A DNA stretch of 64,000 bases from an uncultured Thermodesulfobacteriota bacterium. GTDB taxonomy: Bacteria > Desulfobacterota > WTBG01 > CAIYCZ01 > CAIRTM01. Below the pieces are notes generated by a model, which was given only the letters and a program-made list of their open reading frames with translations, was not told where the DNA came from and searched no databases. This document shows positions 1 through 11,678 of this stretch, piece by piece (the first letter of the stretch is position 1; every line of letters begins with the position of its first letter). Location: positions 4,803 through 68,802 of the forward strand of contig CAZMHH010000007.1 in the NCBI GenBank assembly GCA_964566035.1, read 5' to 3'. A program made the position numbers and the translations under genes.

Positions 1-440
1 TTAATTGATACAGATCCGAAGGCATTCGGTGAAATTGAATCAATTATTGATACGCTCGGATTCAGGGATTGACAGAAATAGAGGATGAAAACAGCAATTA
101 TCCTTCGAGGTTTTAGTTCGGTATGGTTGCAAAGAAAACAATGGCAGATATTGGGTCATTGCTTTATTGTGTATTAGGATTTGTTTTTTTATTTAATGGC
201 AAAAAAGGTTTTATGTTGTGAAACGTGTCAGTTACCAACTATGAACTACGGGTTAACCCGGAGGAGCCATCTTTCTGTGTCCGGCTTGTACGGGTCAGAT
301 CTTTTAATTTTGAGTTTTAACGTAAAGCATCAGTGCTGTGGTTGACTTAAACAGTTGTTTTGCTTATATTTTTATAATAGAGCATTGTTTATCTCGGAAT
401 AATCTTTAAGAAAATTATTCATTTATACGGAGGAATTGAC

Positions 441-1118
441 ATGCTTAAAGATTACTATATTGTTCTTGGAGTAAGCAGGGGTGCTGATTTAAAAAAAATA
501 AAAAAAGCATATCGGATGATATTAAAAAAGTATCATCCAGACACAGCTTCGGATATGCAGTCAACAGAGAAGCTGCTTGAAATAAAAGAGGCATATCATA
601 CGCTTGCAGATGAAGAAGCAAGACGTGATTATGATGAAAAACTTCAGAGGCAGGAATCAAATATTCAAATACAGTCACCCCCTGAATTTATCCGGCAAAA
701 AGCATCAATAAGGGATATGGATTTATTCAAGTCTGATACGGACGAGTTTTTTGAAGGTTTTATCGCTGGATTTTTTCCAAATTATTTCAGCAAACAGAGA
801 GAAAAAGATAAGGATTTGTATCTTGAAGTTATACTTACCCCTCTTGAAGCAGAAGAAGGCAGCCTGATTCCATTAAAAGTTCCTGTGCCCGAGCCCTGTC
901 CACGATGCCGGCAGGCTCAATATATGGATAATCTTTTTTGCCCTGTCTGTTATGGAAGCGGGAGCATTAAGACTGAGAGGGAGTTCCTGCTGAGTATACC
1001 ACAGGGTGTTGAACATGGCACAAAATTAAGGCTTCCAATGAGAGATATCGGGCTGCACAACGTTTATCTTAACATAGATGTCACTGTTGAACAGAGTTAT
1101 ATTAGTCATTTATGGTAA
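441..1118 (+). CDS. J-domain protein (DnaJ-like) with a single CxxCxGxG zinc finger
   Basis: N-terminal J-domain signature 'YYIVLGVSRGADLKKIKKAYRMILKKYHPD'. C-terminal 'CPRCRQAQ...CPVCYGSG' matches one DnaJ-type Zn-finger repeat. GGAGG ribosome-binding site lies 8 nt upstream. Confidence 0.8.
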   Translation: MLKDYYIVLGVSRGADLKKIKKAYRMILKKYHPDTASDMQSTEKLLEIKEAYHTLADEEARRDYDEKLQRQESNIQIQSPPEFIRQKASIRDMDLFKSDTDEFFEGFIAGFFPNYFSKQREKDKDLYLEVILTPLEAEEGSLIPLKVPVPEPCPRCRQAQYMDNLFCPVCYGSGSIKTEREFLLSIPQGVEHGTKLRLPMRDIGLHNVYLNIDVTVEQSYISHLW

Positions 1119-1275
1119 CAGGATAACTTATAAGAGTTTGGTAATTAAAAAGTGGAACTAAAATACAAAGTATACTTGACCTGCATCTTTGCAGGACGAG
1201 CGCAAGTCATCTATTATGCGGGTAAGTCATTACTGCAAAGGCTTTAATTAAATTAACTTATGTGCGGGAGAGAAA

Positions 1276-1743
1276 ATGGGTGAATATAAATTTGATCCTT
1301 CTATGCCTCGAAAGATGTATACCTCTGATATTGTCTGTCTTAAGTCATGTCCTGAATGCGGTTCGGAGCTGGAACCTGAAATGCATTCATATATCGTATT
1401 AACAAGGCAAGATGGCAATATCAACAATTATATGATTGAAAATGAAGGCGGTTTCTTCTGCGGTAAATGCCCTGTTGTAGTTCTTCATCGTGATTTGTTT
1501 GAAGAATATATTGGTATGATTCAGCCCGATGCTCAGGGGTTGGAGTTTAACGTAATGGGAATTGTTGACTGTAATGCCATTCCTGAAGAAAAAAAAGGTA
1601 TGCCCTTTGATGATGAAACCAATCCTGTACCGCTGGTTCAGTTTTCCGAAATTGTAAGGGAAAGGCCTGCTCCTTCCGTTGATAAAACCCGGGCTGCCAA
1701 ACAGAAAATTAAAAAATTGCTAAAGAAGAAAAAGAAAAAATGA
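1276..1743 (+). CDS. hypothetical Zn-ribbon protein with a poly-lysine C-terminal tail
   Basis: Two CxxC pairs (CPECG ... CGKCP) and a KKLLKKKKKK tail. No recognisable family. Confidence 0.45.
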   Translation: MGEYKFDPSMPRKMYTSDIVCLKSCPECGSELEPEMHSYIVLTRQDGNINNYMIENEGGFFCGKCPVVVLHRDLFEEYIGMIQPDAQGLEFNVMGIVDCNAIPEEKKGMPFDDETNPVPLVQFSEIVRERPAPSVDKTRAAKQKIKKLLKKKKKK

Positions 1744-1957
1744 AAATATTATTTTTAATAACATTTTAAAGCTTACCACCGTAATGTCAATTCTAATAGG
1801 TATTCTAATAACAGTATTGTCTCTTCTTTTAATAGCATTTATTCTTTTATTTATAGGGAAGTTTTTATGTGAAAACTTGTTATAAAAGTTGACTGATATT
1901 TTCCACAAAAGCAACCTTCTGATTTGGGTTAAATTAAAGGAGTTGTTAAAATTCATG

Positions 1958-2193
1958 GACCGGTAAAAAGTCCACAAAGCTCTCTCTCCCTGAAAAGAGC
2001 TGATAAGCTAATAAGCTGATGGCTGATAAGAGGAAAAACAAAAAAGGTTTTGCTTAATAGCTCAATAGCCAACAGCTTAACAGCTAAAACGGGTTGGGGT
2101 GAGGGTGATATAAGAGCAATTACAATATGTTACAAATATCGTTACCCGCAACCCCTTTAGGCAATTTAAGAAAAAATCGACTTTTTACCGGTT
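1958..2193. repeat. ~235 bp element bounded by 15-bp imperfect terminal inverted repeats (MITE-like); contains the GCTGATAAGC-type short repeats
   Basis: 'gaccggtaaaaagtc' at 1958-1972 and 'gactttttaccggtt' at 2179-2193 are reverse complements (14 of 15 positions). Interior is non-coding and repeat-rich. Confidence 0.35.
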
Positions 2194-2202
2194 CATCACT
2201 AT

Positions 2203-3066
2203 ATGAGCAAAATGAAATTTTTGATTGTAAATGCTGATGATATGGGTGCAGATGAAGGCAGAAATGACGGAATTCTTAAAGCTGTTTTATCAGGTTCTGT
2301 CACAAGCATAAGTCTTCTTGCAAACGGTCCTGCATTTAAACATGCTCTGACAGGTTTAAAGAAAATTGGACGGAGGAAAATTTCCTTTGGAGTTCATGTA
2401 AATCTTTCAGAGGGAAAACCACTGTCAAAGGGTTTAAAACTGCTCACAGGCAGCAAGGGTCTGTTTTTAGGAAAAGCTTCGGCTCAAAGTTTGCTGCTTC
2501 AGAGAAGCATTGAATTAGAGGAAGAGATTGCAAAAGAGGTTGAAGCGCAGATATCTTTTTTGAAAGATAATATTGAAATATCCCATATTGACGGACATCA
2601 GCATCTGCATGTTTTTCCGTCTGCTCTAAAACCTGTAGCAGAGGTCTGCCTGAAACAAGGGATAAGCTTTGTCCGGACTCCTTATGAACCTTTCTGGGTG
2701 GAAAAAAGTCTGAATATTGATAAGAATATTATAGCTGAGGCAAGGTTCTTCAGCAGCCAGGCAAAAGATGCAGATGTTTTTTTTAAAAAAAGAGGATTGC
2801 GATCAGCAGATAACTTCAGGGGCCTTTTTTTTAAAGGAAGACTAAGTTTACCCGTAATAAAAACAATGGCAGAGTTGCTGCCTGAAGGGACAACAGAATT
2901 AATGGTTCATCCGGGCTTGTTTTATGATGATGACCAGCGGTCTGAATTCTCAGGCTTTTCAACACCGGAAAGAGAGATTGAGCTTAAAGCTCTGCTCTCT
3001 CCTGATTTTAAAACAATACTTGCAAAAAACAGAATTAATCTCTGTTCATTTTTGACAGTTTCCTGA
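2203..3066 (+). CDS. YdjC/ChbG-family carbohydrate deacetylase (HpnK-like)
   Basis: 'FLIVNADDMGADEG...' and 'HIDGHQHLHV' are the conserved YdjC metal-binding motifs. Confidence 0.8.
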   Translation: MSKMKFLIVNADDMGADEGRNDGILKAVLSGSVTSISLLANGPAFKHALTGLKKIGRRKISFGVHVNLSEGKPLSKGLKLLTGSKGLFLGKASAQSLLLQRSIELEEEIAKEVEAQISFLKDNIEISHIDGHQHLHVFPSALKPVAEVCLKQGISFVRTPYEPFWVEKSLNIDKNIIAEARFFSSQAKDADVFFKKRGLRSADNFRGLFFKGRLSLPVIKTMAELLPEGTTELMVHPGLFYDDDQRSEFSGFSTPEREIELKALLSPDFKTILAKNRINLCSFLTVS

Positions 3067-3212
3067 AAAGTCAAAGAATAAACGGTATCTCATTTGAAAC
3101 CTGCTTTGGTGTTTGAGAAATATTTTTTATCAATATCGTTAAAGACCTCTTGTTTTGAGTTTATATTCAGGAGCTTTTTAGGGGGATTATTGTTTTTGGA
3201 GCTGCAAGAAAA

Positions 3213-4277
3213 ATGCGCATTATGATTTTAACCCCAACCGCTCTGCCTGCAATTACCGGCAATGCAATGACCGTTGAGCGCTGGCGGAGGTCTCTGGTGT
3301 CAAAAGAAGGGTGTCAGGTATCTGTTGTTGAGTCTACTGCTCTTAGTGGCAGTAAACTGAAAAATGAGATTGATAGCTTCAAACCGGATGTTATTCATGT
3401 ACATCATGTCGTTAGAAGCGGAGGGGTGCTTCGCGGTTTTTATTATGATGATGTGTATTGCAGGGTACCACTCGTTGTCTCCCCTTCGGGAACAGATATT
3501 TACATGGATTTTGATGATAATGAAAAAAGAGCTGTTGCTGAAGATGTTTTTAACATGGCTATGTGTGTGATTGTTCAAAACAATGATACATTGCAAAGGG
3601 TAATTGAAATTATGCCTGATTTAAAAAAACGTGTTAAGTATGTTCCAAAATCTTTTATGTGGCTTGGCAGCATGCCCTTTGATCTGCGTAAAAATGCCAG
3701 GCTTGAACCTGATAGTTTTGTTTTCTTTATGCCGGCGAATATAAGACCAGTAAAAGGAAACCTTGAATGTCTTCATATGCTTGCAGAAACCCATAAAAGA
3801 CGTCCTATGATACGTGCTGTTTTTTCTGGAGCTGTCCTTGATCCAGTTTATGGAGAAAGGTTTAAAAAAGAGTTGGTGAGGCATAAAGATTTTGCATGTC
3901 TGCTTCCCCCCATTGCTCCTGAAAAGATTTATTCGGCATACATGGGTGTTGATGTGGTTGTTAACGGGTCTTTTTCTGAAGGGCTTTCAAATGTTCTGAT
4001 AGAGGCAAAGGCGGCGGGCAAACCAGTTTTAGCTTCAAATATTTCAGCAAACATACTGCCTGTCACAGGGGATGATGGCAAAAGCATTTCAGGGTTGCTG
4101 TTTAACCATGGTAACTGTGAGGATTTTATAGAAAAAGCAATAGAGCTTTTTGATAACAAGGGCTTAAGGGATAGGCTTTCCAGAGCCGGCAAAAAAAATG
4201 TCTCTTTGTTACCTGCCCCTGAAGAAGAAGCCTCCCTGCTTGCAGGGGTTTACAGGAAAGCAAAAAGCAATAATTAG
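3213..4277 (+). CDS. glycosyltransferase family 4 (GT-B fold)
   Basis: 'PDVIHVHH' N-domain motif. 'EGLSNVLIEAKAAGKPVLAS' matches the GT4 E-x7-E donor-binding motif. Confidence 0.75.
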   Translation: MRIMILTPTALPAITGNAMTVERWRRSLVSKEGCQVSVVESTALSGSKLKNEIDSFKPDVIHVHHVVRSGGVLRGFYYDDVYCRVPLVVSPSGTDIYMDFDDNEKRAVAEDVFNMAMCVIVQNNDTLQRVIEIMPDLKKRVKYVPKSFMWLGSMPFDLRKNARLEPDSFVFFMPANIRPVKGNLECLHMLAETHKRRPMIRAVFSGAVLDPVYGERFKKELVRHKDFACLLPPIAPEKIYSAYMGVDVVVNGSFSEGLSNVLIEAKAAGKPVLASNISANILPVTGDDGKSISGLLFNHGNCEDFIEKAIELFDNKGLRDRLSRAGKKNVSLLPAPEEEASLLAGVYRKAKSNN

Positions 4278-4447
4278 AGCTTAATCAATCAGTCTTTTTT
4301 CCTATAAACCATAATGTGTTGATTGATTTCAGGAACAGCATTGCAAAAGACGGAGGTTTCGGGGAAACTGAAAACTGAAAAAAAAGTGTTTCAGAACTGT
4401 TGTCTTTTAAGGGAATTTCACCATGCAAAATTTTTGAATCAGGGTGT

Positions 4448-5902
4448 TTAATCGGTAAATGTATCAAAATTATCTGTAAAGGGAGCCCAGCCTCCCCCAA
4501 TTGTTTTGTAAATTTTAACCATATAGCCGGAGGTATTTCCCCGGCTTATGGCAAGATCCTCTTCAAAACGCAGCAGTGAGCGTTGAGCATCAAGAACAGT
4601 GTTGAAATCTGTCAAACCGCTGCTGTATCTGTTTTTTGCAATAAGAACCGCTTCTTCTGCAGCACTGACAGCATTCTTCAGAAATTCGACTCTCTGCTGT
4701 TCCTGAACATAGTCTGACAGTGAGTCTCTGACCTCGGCTATTGCGTTTAGGACTGCTTTTTCATATAGCGCCAGATACTGATCTTTGACAGCGGTCTGTG
4801 AGCGAACCCGGTTCATAAGGTCGCCAGCGCGAAAAATTGGCCAGACAACTCCAGGCACTATCGAGTGTGAGGCAGCTCCTGAAGAAAAAAGCGCTGCGGA
4901 ACTCATTGCCTGTGTTCCGAAAAAACCCTCAAGGGAAAACCTGGGATATAGCATGGCAACCGCCTCTCCGATCCTTGCTGATTCTGCTGCAAGAGAACGT
5001 TCAGCGCGACGGATATCGGGTCTTCGCCTTAGTGCATTGGCGTTTATACCGGGAATCTCCCCTGCAGGGGGAACCGGTATCGGGAGTATTTGTTCAAATA
5101 AGCAGTGCAGACTACCGGGTGGCTTTCCGACCAAAACTGCAAGTACATTCAACGCGTTTTCAAGTCCGGCATTCAAAAGCGGAATCAGGGAACGGGTGGA
5201 CTCCATATTGTAGCGTGCCTGGGAAACATCAAGCCCGTCGGTAAGCCCGGCTCTGTAACGGGAGGTAAGGATTTCAAGCGTCTGATGTTGTGCGTTGAGG
5301 TTCTTATAGGCAACATCAATGCGCTGTTGAAAGGTGCGAATCTCGATATAGCTTAAGGCTACCTCTGCAGCAAGACTGATCCAGACATCCTGAAGGTCAG
5401 CAATTCTGGATTCAATATGAGCCTGAGCAGCCTCAACTGCACGGCGGGTTCCGCCGAAAATATCAATTTCCCAAGAAGCGTCAAGACCTGCCCAATACAT
5501 GGAGGTGTACCCTGAGCCGCCGGCATCCTTACCGGTTTTTGTCCGGGAAAAATCAGCTGAACTGTTCAGCTTTGGGAAGAATGCGGCGCGGCTGATACCC
5601 AGTTCAGCCCTTGCCGCCTCCAACCTGGAAACCGCCGCATGCATATCAGGGGAACCATCCAATGCCTGGATGACAAACTTAACCAGCATCTCATCGCCGA
5701 AACCCTGCCACCATTCTGCAAGTCTTTCGATATCATCGGCATCCGTATCAGCTACAATCCTGCCCGGTACATTGAAACTGGGATCATAGAGTTCCGGGGG
5801 ACTGTAATCCGGACCAACGCTAACGCAACTGCTTAAAAACAAAATGATGAAGACCGAAAAACTGATTGATACTAATTTGGCAAGAAAAAGTTTATGTTTC
5901 AT
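4448..5902 (-). CDS. RND efflux outer-membrane factor lipoprotein (NodT/OprM family)
   Basis: Start trimmed to the internal ATG giving MKHKLF...LSSC, which carries a lipobox. Length and composition fit an outer-membrane factor; overlaps the RND pump stop by 11 nt. Confidence 0.85.
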   Translation of the reverse strand: MKHKLFLAKLVSISFSVFIILFLSSCVSVGPDYSPPELYDPSFNVPGRIVADTDADDIERLAEWWQGFGDEMLVKFVIQALDGSPDMHAAVSRLEAARAELGISRAAFFPKLNSSADFSRTKTGKDAGGSGYTSMYWAGLDASWEIDIFGGTRRAVEAAQAHIESRIADLQDVWISLAAEVALSYIEIRTFQQRIDVAYKNLNAQHQTLEILTSRYRAGLTDGLDVSQARYNMESTRSLIPLLNAGLENALNVLAVLVGKPPGSLHCLFEQILPIPVPPAGEIPGINANALRRRPDIRRAERSLAAESARIGEAVAMLYPRFSLEGFFGTQAMSSAALFSSGAASHSIVPGVVWPIFRAGDLMNRVRSQTAVKDQYLALYEKAVLNAIAEVRDSLSDYVQEQQRVEFLKNAVSAAEEAVLIAKNRYSSGLTDFNTVLDAQRSLLRFEEDLAISRGNTSGYMVKIYKTIGGGWAPFTDNFDTFTD

Positions 5903-8900
5903 CGGTATCTCTTCCGGGGTTATGTGGTGATGTTTTTTTTGTTTTTTCACGCAGGGTCTGAAAAAGCACATACAGACCCGGAATCAGGATAATTCCAAGC
6001 ACAACCGCAAAAATCATACCAGAAAAAACAGTTGTTCCGATTGCCCTTCGACTTGCTGCTCCCGCCCCTGAGGCAAGTGTCATGGGCAGCATACCGAAAA
6101 TAAAGGTAAAGGCTGTCATGAGTACAGCACGAAAGCGTTCGTATAATCCATTCTTTGCGGACTCAAGAATGGAAAAACCCAGTTCACGCTGTTTCTTGCA
6201 AAACTCAACAATAAGTATTGCATTTTTACCCGCCAAACCTACCATCAGAATGAGTCCTAACTGGGCATAGATACTCAGAGGAAGTCCGGTTAGCATCAAC
6301 CCGACAAGCGAACCAAGCATTGCTACAAAAATGGCAAGCATAACCGGAAGGGGAATAAACCAGCTTTCATACTGCGCAACCAGAAAAAGATAGCCGAATA
6401 TGAGCGCAAGCACAACAAGATAGATTACCTGCCCAGAGACCCTTTTTTCCTGGTAGCTTGTGCCGGACCATTCAATTGCATAACCTTCCGGCAGATGTTC
6501 GGCAGCAAGTTTCTCTGTAAGCTGCATAGCTATGCCGGTGCTTGCAAAAGGTGCTGCCAAAGCGTTTATAGATGCACTAGAGAACTGATTATAGCGTTCA
6601 ATCGCGCGCGGGGCTACCATATGTCTGATGGTAATGAAACTTGAGAGGGGAACCATTGTGCCATTACAATTCTGGACATACAGTCCGTTTATAGAATTAA
6701 TGTTTTTTCGGTGTTGCCAGTCTGCCTGCACATAGACACGGTTAACCTGGCTTCCGATGTTGATATCATTGACGTAGCGGGATCCAAGGTTATTCTGCAG
6801 AGTATTGAAAATATCCATTATCCTTACATTCAGTGCTTCCGCCTTTGCCCGGTCAATATCCAGAAACAGATGCGGGGTACGGGCGGAATAGGTGCTGAAA
6901 GCCATCGTGATTTCGTGCTGACGATTCAAATGTCCCACAAATCCTCCCAGTACTGCTTCAAGCTTTTGTGGGTCGGGATCACCGATAGCTTGAAGACGCA
7001 TATCCATTCCCCCTATCATGCCAAGACCCATAATGGCAGGAGGTGAGAAGAGGTTAATCATGGCACCGGGAATGGCTGCCATTTCCATATTCAGTCTATG
7101 GATAATATCATCAATATGTAGTCCTGGTTTGTCACGTTGGTTCCAGTCGTCAAGTCCTGAGATAATCATTCCCATGTTTTCTCCACCCCCAAAAAAACTC
7201 CATCCGCAAACTGCAATCACAAAATCAACCCCTGGTGTATCGATAAATTTTTCCGAGATCTGGCGCATTATTACCGCTGTGCGATCCAGTGTGGCACCTT
7301 CGGGTAATTGAACATTGCCGAAAATGGCGCCCTGGTCTTCGTCAGGGATAAAAGCCGTAGGTGTCGTTGAAAAAATAAATCCGACTGAAGCAATGGTTGC
7401 CAACAGAATTACAATTACCAGAAAACTTCGGCGGGCAAGTCTGTAGGACATGGAAACATAGGCATTGCGTGTTTGGTTCAGAAAGCGGTTAAACCATGCA
7501 AAAGGTCCTGTAGAAATGGTTTTTGGTGGGAGCAATATCGCAGCACAGAGGGCAGGAGAGAGGGTCAGGGCAGAGAGCGTAGAGAAAAGTACTGCTGAAC
7601 TGATGCTGACAGCAAACTGCTGATAAATCTTACCTGACATGCCCGGTACAAAAGCTATAGGAACAAATATAGCAAGTAGAACAAGAGTAGTTGCTATTAC
7701 AGGACCAGTAATCTGCTGCATAGCTTTAATAGTTGCGCTGCGTCTGTCAAGGCGTTCGTTCTGCATAAGAAATAGAGTTCGCTCTACCACAACAATTGCA
7801 TCATCAACCACCAATCCGACCGCAAGAGCCAGGGCAAACAGGGTCAGGATATTAATGCTGTAACCAAACACCATCAACACTGTAAATGTTGAAAAAAGAG
7901 AGACCGGAATTGTTAGCGCTGGTATAAGTGTTGCGCGGATATCCTGAAGAAAAACAAAACAGACCAGCACAACCAGCAAAAATGTCAGGCTGATCGTAAA
8001 CAGGATCTGGCTAATGGTTGCCCTAACAAAGTCCGTTGAATCAAAAGCAAGAAAACACTCGAAATCATCCGGAAAGTATGCCTCAAGACGATTAAGTTCT
8101 GATTGAATAGCCTTGATTGTTTCCAGAGCGTTTGAGTCAGCTGTTTGATTTAATCCTACTGCAACAGTTGGTGTGCCGTTATACAGGTCATATACATGAT
8201 AGTATTCAAGCCCTATCTCAACCTTAGCCACATCGCACAGACGTACCTGGGCTCCAGAGCCGGATGAGCGCACAATGATATTTTTGAAGTCTTGCGGGTT
8301 GTTTAACCTCCCTTTTGTTTGAAGGGTGTAGAGAATGGTTCTGCCTGGCGGACCTGGGGCAGCCCCTACTGAACCAATCGAAGCCTGAATATTCTGGGAT
8401 TCTATGGCATTAATTACCTCGTGTACACTAATACCAAGGGCGCTCAGACGGTCGGAATCCAGCCATACGCGCATGCTGTATTTGGAGGAGAATACCTCAG
8501 CTTTACCCACCCCGGCAATACGGCTTATCGGTTTTTTTATAAAATCATGGGTATAATTGCTCAAAAACTCTCTGGTGTGTGTGTCTTCCGGTGAACGGAC
8601 GATCAGAAGACCCAGAAAGTCAGAAAATTCTATTGAAACCGTAATTCCCTGGCGGGTAACTTCAGTGGGCAGACGCGGTGTTGCCAGTTGTACCCTGTTC
8701 TGAACCTTAACAAGGGCAATATCGGGATCAGTGCCAACTTCAAACGGTATGGTCAGACTGTAGGTTCCGTTGTTTTCACATCTAGACATCATGTAGAGCA
8801 TATTTTCAACCCCGTTGACTTCATCCTCAAGAGGTGCAGCCACAGTTGTTGCCAGCACCTCTGCACTGGCGCCGGGATAAATGGCTGATACAACGATCTG

Positions 8901-9026
8901 GGGCGGGGCAATTCGTGGATATCTCTCAACAGGCAGTGCAAAAACGGATAATAGACCGGCAAGCGTTAAGACTGTTGCTATAACCATTGCAAGGCGGGGA
9001 CGGTTGATAAAAACAGTTGAAATCAT
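5892..9026 (-). CDS. RND multidrug efflux permease (AcrB/HAE1 family)
   Basis: 1044 aa with 12 TM-type hydrophobic blocks and two large periplasmic loops. Conserved AcrB stretches include '[15 protein letters not shown]' and 'GAASRRAIG'. Confidence 0.9.
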   Translation of the reverse strand: MISTVFINRPRLAMVIATVLTLAGLLSVFALPVERYPRIAPPQIVVSAIYPGASAEVLATTVAAPLEDEVNGVENMLYMMSRCENNGTYSLTIPFEVGTDPDIALVKVQNRVQLATPRLPTEVTRQGITVSIEFSDFLGLLIVRSPEDTHTREFLSNYTHDFIKKPISRIAGVGKAEVFSSKYSMRVWLDSDRLSALGISVHEVINAIESQNIQASIGSVGAAPGPPGRTILYTLQTKGRLNNPQDFKNIIVRSSGSGAQVRLCDVAKVEIGLEYYHVYDLYNGTPTVAVGLNQTADSNALETIKAIQSELNRLEAYFPDDFECFLAFDSTDFVRATISQILFTISLTFLLVVLVCFVFLQDIRATLIPALTIPVSLFSTFTVLMVFGYSINILTLFALALAVGLVVDDAIVVVERTLFLMQNERLDRRSATIKAMQQITGPVIATTLVLLAIFVPIAFVPGMSGKIYQQFAVSISSAVLFSTLSALTLSPALCAAILLPPKTISTGPFAWFNRFLNQTRNAYVSMSYRLARRSFLVIVILLATIASVGFIFSTTPTAFIPDEDQGAIFGNVQLPEGATLDRTAVIMRQISEKFIDTPGVDFVIAVCGWSFFGGGENMGMIISGLDDWNQRDKPGLHIDDIIHRLNMEMAAIPGAMINLFSPPAIMGLGMIGGMDMRLQAIGDPDPQKLEAVLGGFVGHLNRQHEITMAFSTYSARTPHLFLDIDRAKAEALNVRIMDIFNTLQNNLGSRYVNDINIGSQVNRVYVQADWQHRKNINSINGLYVQNCNGTMVPLSSFITIRHMVAPRAIERYNQFSSASINALAAPFASTGIAMQLTEKLAAEHLPEGYAIEWSGTSYQEKRVSGQVIYLVVLALIFGYLFLVAQYESWFIPLPVMLAIFVAMLGSLVGLMLTGLPLSIYAQLGLILMVGLAGKNAILIVEFCKKQRELGFSILESAKNGLYERFRAVLMTAFTFIFGMLPMTLASGAGAASRRAIGTTVFSGMIFAVVLGIILIPGLYVLFQTLREKTKKTSPHNPGRDTDET

Positions 9027-10216
9027 TAGCGGGTGCTTTCGGATGTTTTGGTGGAGATTCTGACGGCATTGACAGTTATGCCGGGCCTGACTTTTTGGAT
9101 ACCGTCTACTATTATTGATTCCCCTGCAGAAAGACCTGACTCTACAATTACCTTTCCATTTATCTCATCCCCGGAAATGATCTGTTTTTGCTCGACTTGG
9201 GAATCACTGTTAACAACAAAAACATAATCGCCGGATGCATCAGTTAGAACAGCAACACGTGGGACAGCCAACGCTTTGGGTTGGTCCTGTTTATCCAGAA
9301 TTAGCTTGACATAAGTGCCTGGTATCAACAGCCCGTCCGGGTTGTTAAAGCGCATCCAGACTTTAATTGTTCCTGTTTCAGGATCCATTTCATTGTTGAC
9401 AAAGTCCATTGTGCCTGTGGTTTCCAGTTCAATCCCCCCAGGCAGGATAACCTTGGAGCTCATTTGTGGCCGGGCTCCTGCATGGATCTGTTGTAGCAGT
9501 TTGAGATAGATACTATCTGCGGGGGAGAAGGCGATACGGACGGGATTTACCTGAATAATACGAGCGAGCCGCTGGGTGGCTGAGCTGACATAGTTGCCGG
9601 CTTTAACTGCAGCCTGTCCGATACGACCTCCGATTGGTGCAGTAATCCGGGTGTATCCCAGATTAATTTCCGCCAGTTCAAGGGATGCATGTGCCATCTC
9701 AAGAGCTGCCTTTGCACTCAGCAGATCGCTGAATGCAGTGTCGAGGTCTGCCTGTGAAATGCTGCGAGATTCAGCTGATTTAAGGCGGTTAAGGTATTTT
9801 TCAGCCCGAACCAGTTTTGCCTCAGCCTTAGCAAGTTCGGCGGTTTTCAGGTGAACGGATGCCTCGTATTCTCTCGGGTCTATTGTGACTAAAAGCTGTC
9901 CCTTTTCCACCAGACTGCCCTCCTCAAAATGGATTTCAGCGATATAGCCCTCAATCCGAGGACGCAGGTCAACTTCCTGAATGGGCATCACATGGGCAAT
10001 ATACTCTGTTTGCTTATCAATAAAGTGTTTCTTAACCTCCTGCACAGTGACTGCAGGCAGCGGTGGATTTTCTGTCATAGCATGGGAGGGATTCCCGGCA
10101 GTACCGTAAAGGCAGGTTGACACAAACCAGCCTGCAGCAAAAGCTCCTAAAGTTATAATGAAAATAAGTGCCTGTGAGAAAAACTGCCCCATTTTTTTCG
10201 TATTCGGAATAGTCAT
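9026..10216 (-). CDS. RND efflux periplasmic adaptor (membrane fusion protein, AcrA-like)
   Basis: N-terminal TM anchor, coiled-coil hairpin region and beta-barrel domain. Translationally coupled to the RND permease gene. Confidence 0.85.
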   Translation of the reverse strand: MTIPNTKKMGQFFSQALIFIITLGAFAAGWFVSTCLYGTAGNPSHAMTENPPLPAVTVQEVKKHFIDKQTEYIAHVMPIQEVDLRPRIEGYIAEIHFEEGSLVEKGQLLVTIDPREYEASVHLKTAELAKAEAKLVRAEKYLNRLKSAESRSISQADLDTAFSDLLSAKAALEMAHASLELAEINLGYTRITAPIGGRIGQAAVKAGNYVSSATQRLARIIQVNPVRIAFSPADSIYLKLLQQIHAGARPQMSSKVILPGGIELETTGTMDFVNNEMDPETGTIKVWMRFNNPDGLLIPGTYVKLILDKQDQPKALAVPRVAVLTDASGDYVFVVNSDSQVEQKQIISGDEINGKVIVESGLSAGESIIVDGIQKVRPGITVNAVRISTKTSESTR

Positions 10217-10251
10217 GGTATGCCTTTCACGGCTAAAAGATTATAGGTGTT

Positions 10252-10809
10252 TCAGAGCACTCGGTCGAGATTTGAAAAGCCGTTTAAAAAAGTGTCAACA
10301 AGCATTTGAGCTGCCGTATTAATAGCAACATCACCGTTGTGAACGCATTCGCCCATACCCCAGACCTGTAAATCAAGTGACTTCGATGCCCAATTGATAT
10401 TGATATGTCGGCTGATAACATCTTCCTGCTGAAGACGTTCAATCAGCCTTTGCAAAAGCTTCAATGCATTATTGATTACAGATTGATTTATCGGGTCCTG
10501 CTGGACAAAAGGCTCATAGAGCAGAAAATTAAACTGGACATTTCTCCGGATCATTATTTCAATAATCCTGTTGAGCATCTCAATGGCTGGGATATTTTCA
10601 TCCAGTATGGGCATGATAAGGGTTTGTATCTGTTTATCAAATTCCAGGATTACTTTTTGAATGAGTTTTTCCCGGGAGGGGAAATAGCGGAACAGGGTGG
10701 TGCGGCTAATGCCTGCATGCAACGCTATATCTTCAAGCAATCCCCCAGGGTTTCTGGACAGGTAGGAAATCGTTGCCTCGATAATCTGATCTTCTTTTTT
10801 AGGTAACAC
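10252..10809 (-). CDS. TetR/AcrR family transcriptional regulator
   Basis: Helix-turn-helix 'ISRTTLFRYFPSREKL' near the N-terminus. First gene of the efflux operon. Confidence 0.85.
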   Translation of the reverse strand: MLPKKEDQIIEATISYLSRNPGGLLEDIALHAGISRTTLFRYFPSREKLIQKVILEFDKQIQTLIMPILDENIPAIEMLNRIIEIMIRRNVQFNFLLYEPFVQQDPINQSVINNALKLLQRLIERLQQEDVISRHININWASKSLDLQVWGMGECVHNGDVAINTAAQMLVDTFLNGFSNLDRVL

Positions 10810-11309
10810 GTCTGCGTGGCTTTTCTGACATTAAAACACAATTTGAAACATTTAGGTACCATATGAAACGAATAGTGTCAAGCATAATTTCTTTACTTTG
10901 TAATAATGAAGTTATTATATGACATACTCATTGTCCTGGTCCAAATAGATATATAATTCTTGAATCCTAAGCGGACATATCTGACAATGGAGTCGAGTTT
11001 AAATGTTCACAAGGTTGAGCCCTTTTTGGAAAAATGTGCCGTGACTTGGCATAAATCATCTATTTTATATAACGATACAGAACTCGGACAAACACTAAGA
11101 TAGAGGTGTGTTTTTTTAACATAAAAAGATGAATTTTGTTTCCCAATTTTATTTAATTCACATGAAGATATTTCAAAAACCGGATAATTTTCTTTTTGAG
11201 TTTAATCACCTGAGATGATATGTAGCTCTTCAAACATTATGTTTGACATGTAGCAGAATTTATCCTATACCTGCGCATAAAAAAACTTTTTTTGTAAAAA
11301 GGAGAATTT

Positions 11310-11585
11310 ATGAAAAAATTTATTTTGGCATCTTTTTTACTTTGTTTTGCGTGTATGTTTATAAGCGGTTGCGGGCAAGATGAGTCGGAAGAATTATTTG
11401 AAGAAGTACCCCCTGCAGCACCGCTGCCAACATGCCCTGTTATTAGTCCAGAACCATTACCCCCTGTTGTTCCCGGACCAGTTGAACCAGAAGAAGAGGA
11501 AGAAATTGAACCCGAGGATTCTGAATCAGTAGAAACAGAGGAGCAAGCGGAGATAGAAACTATTGAAGATCAAGAGTCAAAATAA
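11310..11585 (+). CDS. small acidic Pro/Glu-rich lipoprotein
   Basis: Signal peptide and lipobox 'FISGC'. Low-complexity acidic C-terminus. Confidence 0.45.
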   Translation: MKKFILASFLLCFACMFISGCGQDESEELFEEVPPAAPLPTCPVISPEPLPPVVPGPVEPEEEEEIEPEDSESVETEEQAEIETIEDQESK

Positions 11586-11678
11586 ACTGTTGATCCATGA
11601 CCATTTATATATAATTAAAGAAGGGCACTTAACCAGCATTAAAAGGTTAGCTGTTCAGATAATATATAATCAATGCTG

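Noticed and set aside
4360-4405. Possible bidirectional terminator between the convergent GT4 and OMF genes ('ctgaaa-aaaaagtg-tttcag')
   Set aside because: The stem is only 6 bp and entirely A/T-rich. That is too weak to call.
5892-10216. Numerous 60-140 aa antisense or alternative-frame ORFs inside the RND pump, adaptor and OMF genes
   Set aside because: They are embedded in long, confidently assigned genes and show no family features. They are typical six-frame noise.
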